Assembly: GCA_963747695.1 (NCBI GenBank) | Contig: CAVVFV010000008.1 | Location: 139,592 to 203,591 of the forward strand | Length of the DNA stretch: 64,000 nucleotides | Direction of reading: 5' to 3' | Source: Candidatus Falkowbacteria bacterium | Lineage (GTDB): Bacteria; Patescibacteriota; Patescibacteriia; Patescibacteriales; WJLG01 | In this document: piece by piece, positions 1-9,258 of the stretch | Position numbering within the stretch: position 1 is the first letter of the stretch | How the letters are laid out: every line of letters begins with the position of its first letter | Program-made: the position numbers and the translations under genes | The notes under the pieces: model-generated | What the model was told of the DNA's origin: nothing | Databases searched by the model: none | What the model saw: only the letters and a program-made list of their open reading frames with translations

Positions 1-272
1 TTTTCAGCCGGGAAGACAAACTGATCAATGAACTGCTATATTATGTGGTAGAGGAGGCGAAAATCAGGATCAACCGCGATCAAAAAGCGGTTTTAAAGCA
101 AGCGGTGCGTGATCGCGTTTCCGGTCTGATCCGCAAGGAGGAATTGGAAGAAATCTTGAAAAAAACGGTCAAGCAAGGCGGCGCCGGACTGGACAAAAAA
201 GATCGGGATAACGTCATATTTTATTTTGAGAAATTATTGACTCAGGGGATCGATACGGCGAATAAATCATAA
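1..272 (+). CDS. hypothetical protein, 3' fragment (5' end outside window)
   Basis: The frame of ORF 45..272 stays open back to nt 3 (FSREDKLINELLYY..). Stop at 270-272. Lys/Glu-rich, no motif recognised. Confidence 0.4.
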   Translation, partial: FSREDKLINELLYYVVEEAKIRINRDQKAVLKQAVRDRVSGLIRKEELEEILKKTVKQGGAGLDKKDRDNVIFYFEKLLTQGIDTANKS

Positions 273-436
273 GATTAGTATTAAGTATAAAGTATTTAGT
301 ATTTGGTATATTATCAAGGAACGTTGATTGAAAATTAATATTTATGTAAATTGAAGAATAGATAAATTGATTTGATCGGTTATGAGCGGATATTAAAAAT
401 ATACTAAATACTTTATACTAAATACTTAATACCAAT

Positions 437-1630
437 ATGATCGGTTTCAAAGATACATTTAAGCTGTCGACCAGAATGTTTCGCACTCAGCCGATGAGAA
501 CTTGGCTGACGATTTTAGGCATGGGCGTAGGTATTTCTGCGGTAGTGATTTTAGTCGGGTTGGGGTATGGCTTGCAAAATATTTTGCTGGAAAAGATCGT
601 TTTCGGCGATGCGATGCTTTCTTTGGACGTCGTCGCGCCGCCTTCGCAAGTCATTACGATCAATGACCAGACATTGACGCAGTTCAAGCAGATGGATAAC
701 GTGGAAGATGTTTCGCCTTTGGCCAGCTTCAGTTCTTCGTTGACGTATAGCGGTTTGACCGGCAGCATCATTCTTAACGGTGTCGACCCTTCGTATTTCC
801 GCTATGCCGGCGTCGTGACGGACAAAGGAAGTCTATTCGGCGACAACGAGGAAGACGAGGTGGTTATTTCTTCCGCCTTATTGCAGCTATTCGACGTCAA
901 AGCCGAAGACATAATCGGTAAATATATTGACCTGAAAGTTTTACTTACCGCAAGCGACGGCAGCGTGCACGAAACTCCTTTGGACAAGCAATACCGCGTC
1001 AAGGGCGTGGTGGCCGATGACGCTTCTCTCTATGCCTATATTCCTTTAAGCGATTTGACTTCGCAATTCGCTATCACCACTTACGAAAGAGCGCGGGTAA
1101 AAGTATCTTCCCGCCAATCTTTGGACACTGCCACCAATGAATTTTTGGCCAAAGGTTTTATCGTCAATTCGTTGGCGCAAACCGTGGATCAGGCCAATAA
1201 GATCTTCGGCGCCGTTCAGATCGTGCTGGCCGTTTTCGGCGCCATTGCTTTAGTTGTTTCGGCCATCGGCATGTTCAATACGATGACGGTCACGCTTTTG
1301 GAGCGGACCAAAGAGATCGGAATTATGCGTACCATCGGCGCTTCCAATTTGACGATTGAGATCCTCTTTTTGTCAGAAGCCATTCTAATGGGATTCTTCG
1401 GCGGCTTGTCCGGAGTGCTGATCGGCGTCGGAGGGGGGAGCGCGATCAATGTGATTTTGAGTATTATTGCCAAGCGGATGGGCGGCCAGCCGGTAAATTT
1501 GTTCGACTTTCCTCTTTGGTTTTTGGTGTCAATGATAGTCTTTTCCGCGGTACTGGGCGCCTTAACCGGTTTTTTCCCGGCGCGCAACGCCTCCAAGCTC
1601 AATCCGCTGGACGCCATCCGCTACAGTTAA
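437..1630 (+). CDS. ABC transporter permease, FtsX/MacB type
   Basis: 397 aa with an N-terminal TM, a large external loop and a C-terminal FtsX-like TM bundle. Typical ending ..ARNASKLNPLDAIRYS. No adjacent ATPase gene. Confidence 0.8.
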   Translation: MIGFKDTFKLSTRMFRTQPMRTWLTILGMGVGISAVVILVGLGYGLQNILLEKIVFGDAMLSLDVVAPPSQVITINDQTLTQFKQMDNVEDVSPLASFSSSLTYSGLTGSIILNGVDPSYFRYAGVVTDKGSLFGDNEEDEVVISSALLQLFDVKAEDIIGKYIDLKVLLTASDGSVHETPLDKQYRVKGVVADDASLYAYIPLSDLTSQFAITTYERARVKVSSRQSLDTATNEFLAKGFIVNSLAQTVDQANKIFGAVQIVLAVFGAIALVVSAIGMFNTMTVTLLERTKEIGIMRTIGASNLTIEILFLSEAILMGFFGGLSGVLIGVGGGSAINVILSIIAKRMGGQPVNLFDFPLWFLVSMIVFSAVLGALTGFFPARNASKLNPLDAIRYS

Positions 1631-1744
1631 GCCTGGTTGGAGCGCTGCTCCATTATTTGGACGATCCGGCAATTTATTAAAATTGCCTAAATTGAAATAG
1701 TAACATTAATTAAATATACCAATAATAAATTAAGCAAAATAACT

Positions 1745-2311
1745 ATGGAAAACAAAAACAATTGGTCTGAAAAATTTTTCGCCTGGACGAGGAATAAACA
1801 AATATTATATCCGGTTGTTTTAATCATCGTCATCCTGCTCATCTTGGCGGGATTATGGGTCTCCCGCTACGAGACGCAGTTGGCTGCCAAAAAAGCCGCC
1901 GAACTGCAACAGCAGAAAGCCGCCGCGCAGCTGGCGGAAAAATTGAAAAATACCACCTATTCCCGCCCTTCTTTCTTTTTGAGCGCGCCGGTCGGAGCGC
2001 GTGGCGCGTTCAATGTGCCAAGTTACATTGAAGGGGATTGGCGGATGTCCGATACTTTCAATGCCGATAAAAAAATGACGATCAATTACGTCAAGAACGG
2101 CGCCAACGTGCCGTTAATGTATGTCAGATATGACGAAAAGACCAATTTTAAATTGGCAGCCGGAGAAGTTGAATTGAAAACCGCCTCGGCTAAATATAGC
2201 TATGCTTATTATTTCTACCCGGTTGATTCTTATTCGGGTAAAGATCAGGCGGATTTTGCTTCGATGCAAAAAGATTTCCAGACCGCACTTACTACTTTCG
2301 GCGTCTTTTGA
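1745..2311 (+). CDS. hypothetical N-terminally membrane-anchored protein
   Basis: 188 aa with a single TM (ILYPVVLIIVILLILAGLWV), then a short coiled region. No catalytic motif. Confidence 0.55.
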   Translation: MENKNNWSEKFFAWTRNKQILYPVVLIIVILLILAGLWVSRYETQLAAKKAAELQQQKAAAQLAEKLKNTTYSRPSFFLSAPVGARGAFNVPSYIEGDWRMSDTFNADKKMTINYVKNGANVPLMYVRYDEKTNFKLAAGEVELKTASAKYSYAYYFYPVDSYSGKDQADFASMQKDFQTALTTFGVF

Positions 2312-2347
2312 TCGGCTAAATAGTCTGTCAAGGGTTCCCCCCTCAAT

Positions 2348-2971
2348 TTGAATTATATGACCCCAACCCTTATTTTAATTTTCGAAGTTATCCTTCTGTC
2401 CTTGGGATTATTTGTTGTTTTTATTATTTTGCGCGAATTATTATTTTTCGGTTTTGCTCCGTTTTTGCAATCAAATCCGGAAGTTATGGAAAGAATATTG
2501 GAGCAAGTCGAGATCAGGGACGATTATGCCGTTTACTCTTTAGGTTATGGGCGATCCGGTTTTCTTTGGTCGGTGGAAAAAAAATTTCCCACAGTGAAGT
2601 TGGTCGGAATCGATGACAGTTTGTGGCATTGCGCCGTGGCTAGGATCCAAATTTTATTCCGCGGCAGCCGGATGAAGATCAAACATTCTGATTATTATTT
2701 GGCCGACATCGGGCCGGCCAATGTCGTCTTTTGTTTTCTGGACGTGGAGATTTTGCGGGAAATTTATAAAAAATTACGCATCGAGCCCCGGGCCGGAGCG
2801 GTGATCATCAGCTCCGGTTTCGTTATTCCTTATTTGGAACCGGTCAAGATTTTGAAAACCGAACCGAAGAAACGATGGTTTAGTTTTTTAATCGGCGGCG
2901 CTGAGAAAGTTTTGACCGAGAAAGAAAAAGAGTACAAACCGGACAACAACGTGTATTTTTATGAAGTATGA
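2348..2971 (+). CDS. membrane-anchored protein with weak class-I methyltransferase-like motif
   Basis: 207 aa with an N-terminal TM. VYSLGYGRSGFLW..VKLVGIDDS resembles SAM-binding motifs I/II. TTG start, with an ATG alternative at 2357. Confidence 0.45.
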   Translation: MNYMTPTLILIFEVILLSLGLFVVFIILRELLFFGFAPFLQSNPEVMERILEQVEIRDDYAVYSLGYGRSGFLWSVEKKFPTVKLVGIDDSLWHCAVARIQILFRGSRMKIKHSDYYLADIGPANVVFCFLDVEILREIYKKLRIEPRAGAVIISSGFVIPYLEPVKILKTEPKKRWFSFLIGGAEKVLTEKEKEYKPDNNVYFYEV

Positions 2972-3111
2972 TTGTAAGTAAGAAGTAAGAGGCTTTGTCC
3001 TTATTTGACCGTTAAGTTGGTATCGATAAAAATTAGCAATTGCAAATTTATATAAAATTAGCCTTTTTTATATTAATGGGCAGGGCAATTCATTTAGTGC
3101 GGGAAAAGTGG

Positions 3112-3117
3112 TATAAT
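3112..3117 (+). promoter_or_regulatory. candidate extended -10 (TGgTATAAT)
   Basis: gtggtataat lies 60 nt upstream of the 3177 start. No convincing -35. Confidence 0.3.
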
Positions 3118-3176
3118 ATGAATAAGAATTATAGCTGTGGATAAGTTGTTTTACGGTTTAAATTAATCAATCAAAT

Positions 3177-4952
3177 ATGGCTAAATTTTTAAAAAAGAAA
3201 ATCAGGCACAGTTTGCCGATTATCGTGATTTTTTGTTTGATCAATGTTATCGTGTTGGGTTTTTCTTTCAACCTTAATCTGAATTTCATTAAGCCGATTC
3301 AGAAAGGTTTCGTGAATTTGGCTCCTCAAGCGCAAGCTTCCGCTAACGCGACTACTTCGGTAATCGTGAAAAACGCGCCGCCGGCTTTCACTTCCGGTCC
3401 GGCGGAAAGCCCGTCTTCCACCTCAACTACGCCGGTCAATGTCGGCGCCAGTATCGGTTTTACCGGAGCCGCCACTGATTATGAGGGCGACAGCTATTGG
3501 ATGATCATCTGTTCCGGTACTAAGGCCACCTCCTCGGCCAATTTTGTGCCGCCTACTTGCGTTAGCGGAACCCAGTTTTGTGTTTCCAATAAAGCTTCCA
3601 GCACTGGCGCGGTTTCCTGTACTTATAACAATGTAACCGATCCCGGTTCCGAAATGCAGGTTTGGTATGCCTTTGTCTGCGATGACCATTTAGGCAACCC
3701 GCAATGTTCATTTTTCAGCCAGGGTACGGGGGATAGCGGCAGCCCTTTTTATGTCAACCATGCGCCGCATTTAAATCATCTTTACACTTCCGCGGATAAT
3801 AAAGATCCGGGACAGGCAGTGACCATTACCGCTTCCACTACCGATTATGATCATGCCAGCGGCAGTTATAATGTTCAGAGCCTATATGTTTGTTCCACTC
3901 CCTTTTGGACTGTGGGCGGCGGCTGCGGCGGAACTGAGCTTTGCCACGGGTCTTCCTCAGTGCCGATTACTGCTTCTTCCAGTGTTTCCTGCAATTACAC
4001 CATACCGATCCCTAAAGATCATACGGCTTATCCTTATTATGGATATATCAAAGATCAGTTCAAAATGCCGGGCACTATCGGACAAGGTGCAACCAGCAAC
4101 TATAACGTCAACAATGTCGCTCCGACAATTTCCAACGTAACTTTGAATGGTGGCAATAATATAACCTTGAACATCAAAGGCGCTCCTCAAGTCTTGGTCA
4201 AAGCTTCTTCTACCAGCGTTACCGATAATAATGGCTGTACCGATCTTTCTTCGGCGACCAGCACTATCTATCTGGACGTCAAAGGTAATAACTGCGTTGC
4301 CAACGACAATAACTGCTATCAGATCGCCACCAATCATTGCGCTATTTCGAATTGCTCCGGACCAACCAGTGTTACGGCTACTGTGATTTGCAGCACCACG
4401 CTCGCTTTCTTTGCCTTGCCGACCGATGTCTCAAGTATCGCTTCCACTAGTTCCTGGTTCGCGGCCATCAAGGTTAAGGATGTCCCCGGGTTGACTGGGT
4501 TGGGAATTTTTAATGGAACTACCGTCGATGTTAATTCCAATGCCGCGCTGGACATCGCTCAAAAATACATCAATTATTATACGATCCAGGCCGGAGCGGA
4601 TACCGGCTCCAACGATGCTTCGACCACCGTGGTCAATTATGGCAATACGCCGATTGATACGGCCGTTTGGGGAACGGATATGTTGAAAAATAAAGTTGGG
4701 CCGGAAAAAATCGGCGGACAATATCAGCAGCATAGCAAAACCACGTTCACTTATTCGGCTGGTAATACTTCCACTTCCAGCCCGGGAGATACGGTAACTT
4801 TGGGCATTGCCCGTCCGGTTGATCAGAGCGATGTCTCCAGTAAGATTTATTGGGGAATCAAAGTTCCGCTGGGCACGCCCTCCGCCACCTTCTACGGCAC
4901 CAATACTTTTACCGTGGTCTTGAACAAGTATGACAATTGGCAGTATCCGTGA
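3177..4952 (+). CDS. large secreted/surface protein, Cys-containing, Ser/Thr/Asn-rich
   Basis: 591 aa with an N-terminal signal/anchor (LPIIVIFCLINVIVLGF) and many paired Cys. Composition is beta-rich and Ig-like. No enzyme motif. Confidence 0.65.
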   Translation: MAKFLKKKIRHSLPIIVIFCLINVIVLGFSFNLNLNFIKPIQKGFVNLAPQAQASANATTSVIVKNAPPAFTSGPAESPSSTSTTPVNVGASIGFTGAATDYEGDSYWMIICSGTKATSSANFVPPTCVSGTQFCVSNKASSTGAVSCTYNNVTDPGSEMQVWYAFVCDDHLGNPQCSFFSQGTGDSGSPFYVNHAPHLNHLYTSADNKDPGQAVTITASTTDYDHASGSYNVQSLYVCSTPFWTVGGGCGGTELCHGSSSVPITASSSVSCNYTIPIPKDHTAYPYYGYIKDQFKMPGTIGQGATSNYNVNNVAPTISNVTLNGGNNITLNIKGAPQVLVKASSTSVTDNNGCTDLSSATSTIYLDVKGNNCVANDNNCYQIATNHCAISNCSGPTSVTATVICSTTLAFFALPTDVSSIASTSSWFAAIKVKDVPGLTGLGIFNGTTVDVNSNAALDIAQKYINYYTIQAGADTGSNDASTTVVNYGNTPIDTAVWGTDMLKNKVGPEKIGGQYQQHSKTTFTYSAGNTSTSSPGDTVTLGIARPVDQSDVSSKIYWGIKVPLGTPSATFYGTNTFTVVLNKYDNWQYP

Positions 4953-4975
4953 AATTGATTAATTTTTTCTAAATC

Positions 4976-5002
4976 GAGCGCCTTCTTAGGCGCTCTTTTT
5001 TT
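4976..5002 (+). terminator. rho-independent terminator
   Basis: gagcgcc-ttctta-ggcgctc followed by a T7 run, 24 nt after the stop of 3177..4952. Confidence 0.65.
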
Positions 5003-5356
5003 ACCCAGTTTATTAACAGGTGACACTGTGTCGGATATTCTTCGCTTGGCGCAGTTTTCCGGTTAAAAAATCGTCGTCGGATTTTGGTTAAAGAAGGCTA
5101 ATAATCGATGATATTTATCTTATTTTTTGTCGGATATTTATCATTGCATTTGCCGAAAAGGTATTGTATTATTAAGTTGTAGGATTATACGCAAAAATAC
5201 GGGGAATATCCGGGCGTATAGTTTTATGATTGTATAAAATTTTAGAGGGAACACTCTGATAATTTCGTTGTGGCGCGATTCAGGTCTGTCCTGCTGAAAT
5301 CGCCTGGCCGCTAAATTATCCGGCCGACCTTTGCAATCGAAATAAAATAAATTTAA

Positions 5357-6403
5357 ATGTTGAGGAAGATTTTTTTGTCTCTGCTGGTTTTGATTTTATT
5401 TTTTACTTGGGCTAATGGCGTCCAGGCTGGTTTTGGCGTTTCGCCGCCGGTCATCCTGAATCATCAATTAACTCCCGGCTCGACCTATAAGCAGGAAATA
5501 ATGCTCTTGCGATCGGATGCCGCCAATGACCTCCAGGCGGAAGTAAGCGTCAATGCGCCGGAGATCGCTTCCTGGATAACGCTTGACCAAGGCACTAGTT
5601 TTATTTTGCCTAAGGGACAATTACAAGTACCGATGGTAGTAACCTTCAAGATTCCTAATGGTGCGGCGTTAGGAAATTATAATGGCGCGATCGATGTCAA
5701 AGTCGCTCCGGTTGGCGGCAGCGGTTCCGGCGTATCCATCGCGTTAGGCGCGCGGATCGATATCGATCTGGCCTTGACCAATGTTTCTCAAGCGGACTTT
5801 CTGGTTCGGCTGGTTTCCATTCCCGATTTTGAGCGCTTGGGCAATCCTTGGGATTGGAAAATTTGGGCGCCAATTTTCAACGGTCTTTTTTACAAAATCA
5901 ATGTCGTAATGAATATCGAGAACAAGGGTAATGTTAAAACGGCGCCCTCCCAGGTGGCAATCGAGGTTTGGGACCTGGCTAAGCAAAAAATGCTGCAAAC
6001 TAGCGTTGACCGGTCGATTAAGAAGGTCAATCCTTTTTCCACCGGCACAGTCTCGGCTTCTTTCCCTACCCATCTCCCGCCCGGGCAATATTGGGTGAAA
6101 GTGAGAATTTATAAAGAGCAAGAGGTTGTGAATTATTATGAAATAGCATTTTCCATCGCCCAACCGGGGGCTTTGGGAGGAAATAATTTAGGAGTCTGGC
6201 CTTGGTTGGTGGCGGCCTTGATAGTTTTGATCATTTTGGCCATAATCCTCTTGCTGGTTAAGATCCGATTCTGGCGTTTCTTCGTTTGGCTGGTGTTACT
6301 GCCGACCAAGCCGGTCCTACGGATCATCATTAATTTTTTCAAAACTCTCAATAAAAGATTCTGGCAATGGCTGGTTCGGCAAGCCGAAAAACATAAAGAG
6401 TAA
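5357..6403 (+). CDS. secreted protein with signal peptide and C-terminal TM anchor
   Basis: 348 aa. Signal peptide ends ..WANGVQA. C-terminal hydrophobic segment VWPWLVAALIVLIILAIILLLV is followed by a basic tail. Confidence 0.65.
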   Translation: MLRKIFLSLLVLILFFTWANGVQAGFGVSPPVILNHQLTPGSTYKQEIMLLRSDAANDLQAEVSVNAPEIASWITLDQGTSFILPKGQLQVPMVVTFKIPNGAALGNYNGAIDVKVAPVGGSGSGVSIALGARIDIDLALTNVSQADFLVRLVSIPDFERLGNPWDWKIWAPIFNGLFYKINVVMNIENKGNVKTAPSQVAIEVWDLAKQKMLQTSVDRSIKKVNPFSTGTVSASFPTHLPPGQYWVKVRIYKEQEVVNYYEIAFSIAQPGALGGNNLGVWPWLVAALIVLIILAIILLLVKIRFWRFFVWLVLLPTKPVLRIIINFFKTLNKRFWQWLVRQAEKHKE

Positions 6404-6535
6404 AAACATAATTCGAAGTAACGAAATACCGAACGCCACGAACTCCGCCAAACGAGAAAGTGTTCGCGATAAGGTTCGTTGCCTGCCTGCCGGCAGGCAG
6501 GGATTCGGATATTTCGTAGCTTCGGGTTATACCCT

Positions 6536-7912
6536 ATGTTTAACAATTTTATTAAAATATTTTCGGTTTCCCTTTTTTGTTTTCTGGTCTTATTTTTTTA
6601 TTTTAACTTATCGTCGCTGGCCAAGATTTTGCCCGACGGGGGGAAGATTCTTTCCGCTGAAGCTTCGACCTCTTACACTTACGCCTCCACTTCCATCGCC
6701 AACTCCTCCTCTTCGGCTCAATTGATCACCATGGTCAAGATCCTCTTGGTTTGCGGCGATGGTTTCGTCGACCCTTATTATGAATTCTGCGATCCGGGTA
6801 ATCCGGCGAAGTCAATTTTACCCAACACCGGCACCACGACTTGCCAAAGTTATATTGATCCCTATACTTTTTTACCTTATGTCAGCGGACGGCTTGGTTG
6901 CACCAGCGATTGCACGGCCTATGTCACTTCGACTTGCTTCACTTGCGGCGATAACCACAAGCAGCCGGCGGAGGAATGCGATGGTACTGATTTCGCCGGT
7001 AACACTTGTCAGAGTTTCGGCTACACTACCGGTAATTTGCGTTGTACTCCCGACTGCCGGCTTGATTTGGGCGCTTGCAGCGTAGTAGGTAACCAGCAGC
7101 CGCAACCCGGTCAGACGCCGACTACCGGCGGCGGGGGCGGCGGCAGCAGCGGCAGAACTACGGGCGTAATTCCGGGAACCAATGTTCCGCCCGATCAGAC
7201 CCTGGTAGTGATCAACGGTATTGGCTACCCAAACCGGGAAGTCCGAATTTTGGTCGACGGTAACGTGACCGGAATCGTGCAGGCCGATTCCAAAGGTGCT
7301 TTTCATTTTCAAAGCGGGGACACTACCCCCGGCGTTTCTTCCTTCGGGCTTTGGACCGATGATGAGCGCGGCTTGAAATCCACTCTGCTCACTTTGACCT
7401 TCCGCGTGGCTTCTAAGTCAGTCACGACGATTGAAAACGTTTATCTTTCGCCGACTATTGATGTCGACAAAAATCAAGTTAACAAAGGAGAAGATATTAA
7501 AATTTTCGGTGAGAGCTCCCCAGTGGTTAATATTGCCGTACATGTAAATTCAGCGGTGGAAACAGTCGCCACGACGACGAGCGGGGCGATGGGCGCGTGG
7601 AGCCTGGTTTTCAATACCTCTCCTTTGGAAGAAGGGTTCCACACGGCCAAATCTTTGATTCATCTGAACAGTCCGACCGGCGTGATCGAGAGTAATTATA
7701 GCCGCACCGTCAGCTTTTATGTCGGGACGAATGTGCCGGAAAAAGGCAAGTGCGGCATGGGCGATCTGAATTGCGATAACGCGGTCAATTTAGTGGATTT
7801 TTCCATCTTGCTCTATAACTGGGATACCGCCGATGCGACGGCCGATATCAATAAGGACGGCAAAGTCGGGCTGGCTGATTTTTCCATTATGATGTATTAC
7901 TGGACAGGCTGA
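6536..7912 (+). CDS. secreted Cys-rich-repeat protein with C-terminal dockerin-like module
   Basis: Start moved to ATG 6536 (MFNNFIKIF.. signal), because upstream ORF codons run through a 20-bp palindrome. CGDGFVDPYYEFCDPGN and CGDNHKQPAEECDG match the CGDG..EECD Cys-rich repeat. The C-terminus has two Ca-binding-like segments, DLNCDNAVNLVDF and DINKDGKVGLADF. Confidence 0.7.
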   Translation: MFNNFIKIFSVSLFCFLVLFFYFNLSSLAKILPDGGKILSAEASTSYTYASTSIANSSSSAQLITMVKILLVCGDGFVDPYYEFCDPGNPAKSILPNTGTTTCQSYIDPYTFLPYVSGRLGCTSDCTAYVTSTCFTCGDNHKQPAEECDGTDFAGNTCQSFGYTTGNLRCTPDCRLDLGACSVVGNQQPQPGQTPTTGGGGGGSSGRTTGVIPGTNVPPDQTLVVINGIGYPNREVRILVDGNVTGIVQADSKGAFHFQSGDTTPGVSSFGLWTDDERGLKSTLLTLTFRVASKSVTTIENVYLSPTIDVDKNQVNKGEDIKIFGESSPVVNIAVHVNSAVETVATTTSGAMGAWSLVFNTSPLEEGFHTAKSLIHLNSPTGVIESNYSRTVSFYVGTNVPEKGKCGMGDLNCDNAVNLVDFSILLYNWDTADATADINKDGKVGLADFSIMMYYWTG

Positions 7913-7954
7913 AATCAATTAAAAATTAAAAATTAAGAATTAAAAATAAATATA

Positions 7955-9037
7955 ATGCTAATTTCAAATTTCAAATTTCAAATTTTTGCTGGATTTTGGA
8001 CAATTATTATTTTCATCGGTTTAACTCTGTTTCTTCCGCCCTCCGCCCAAGCGGCGACCTTCTATCTTGATCCGCCGCAACAAACGATCGGACCGAATGA
8101 TGTCATTGAAGTCAAAATCAAGGTTGGTGTCGGTGCCAATGAATGTATCAACACCGCTCAAGTCGGAATAACATTTCCCAATGACATTCTCGAACTCAAA
8201 GACTTCAATTCCGGCGATTCGTTCTTGTCTTTGTGGGCTCCGGGAGGAAAACCCGATCAGTCCGCGCTGCCGGGAATCAATAAAGCGGGGAAAATAATAA
8301 TTGCCGGCGGCATCCCTGGCGGTTATTGCGGCGTAATCCCAGGTGATCCGGGCGATAGCAATATTGTCGGCTCGTTAATTTTTACTCCCAAAAAACCGAT
8401 TATTTTCCACAAAGCTAACATTGATTTCAATTCGGATACCAAAGCTTATCTTAATGATGGCAACGGAACCGAGGTCTCGATCAATACGCAAGGGGCGGTA
8501 CTCGAGATCGACGAGAACATCGCCACCAAGTCGGACGTCTGGGCCGGCGAGATCGCGGACGACAAGACTCCTCCCGAGCCGTTCGTGATCGAGATCGATA
8601 ATAGTCCGCGGATTGCCAACGGCCAATATTTTGTGGTTTTTTCCACCGTCGACAAACAGACTGGGGTGGATCATTATGAAGTTCTGGAAACCAAGACTCA
8701 GAATTTACAGCCGGAAAAGGAAAGCCCTTTTATGCAATTCATCAAAAAAGTTTTTCACCTGTCTGAGCCTTTGCCGCCGGTTTGGGTAAAAAGCGATTCC
8801 CCTTATGTCCTTAAAGATCAATCTTTGAACAGCGTTATTGAGGTGAAGGCCGTCGACCGGGCCGGCAATGAACGGATCGTCGAGTTCAACAACGCCGCTT
8901 TGCAAGCTTTAAAGAATCCCCATCGGATAAATTGGTTGCCGGTCATCTATCTGGGCGGCGGTATCCTGGTGGTCATCTTCGTCCTGGTGCCGATCCTCGT
9001 CATTTGGAGGAGAAAGGCGAAACGGAAAATAATCTGA
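7955..9037 (+). CDS. cohesin-like domain protein with C-terminal TM anchor
   Basis: 360 aa with a signal peptide (..PPSAQA). ATFYLDPP..VIEVKIKVGVG..INTAQVGITFPNDILELKDFNSGDSFLSLWA follows the cohesin-like pattern common in CPR surface proteins. C-terminal TM plus RRKAKRK. Confidence 0.65.
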   Translation: MLISNFKFQIFAGFWTIIIFIGLTLFLPPSAQAATFYLDPPQQTIGPNDVIEVKIKVGVGANECINTAQVGITFPNDILELKDFNSGDSFLSLWAPGGKPDQSALPGINKAGKIIIAGGIPGGYCGVIPGDPGDSNIVGSLIFTPKKPIIFHKANIDFNSDTKAYLNDGNGTEVSINTQGAVLEIDENIATKSDVWAGEIADDKTPPEPFVIEIDNSPRIANGQYFVVFSTVDKQTGVDHYEVLETKTQNLQPEKESPFMQFIKKVFHLSEPLPPVWVKSDSPYVLKDQSLNSVIEVKAVDRAGNERIVEFNNAALQALKNPHRINWLPVIYLGGGILVVIFVLVPILVIWRRKAKRKII

Positions 9038-9258
9038 CGAGTACAACTAATTTTTCGCGAATACCCCAGCGATTTAATGAATTTGAAACTGCTTAGGTTT
9101 TAATTGTCCAGTCATTTGTCGTTACAACAAATTAGAGTTATAATGAAGTTAATTAAATCTCAGGGTACAGGTAAATTTTATAAATAATTATTCGTTTCGC
9201 AGAGTTCGTTGTATTCGCGTAAAATTCGCAGTATTCGTATTATATATAACAAGGAGCT

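Noticed and set aside
6479-6535. Upstream extension of the dockerin-protein ORF starting at 6479.
   Set aside because: The extra codons run through a perfect 20-bp palindrome and repeat words (MPACRQAGIRIF..). ATG 6536 gives a normal signal peptide.
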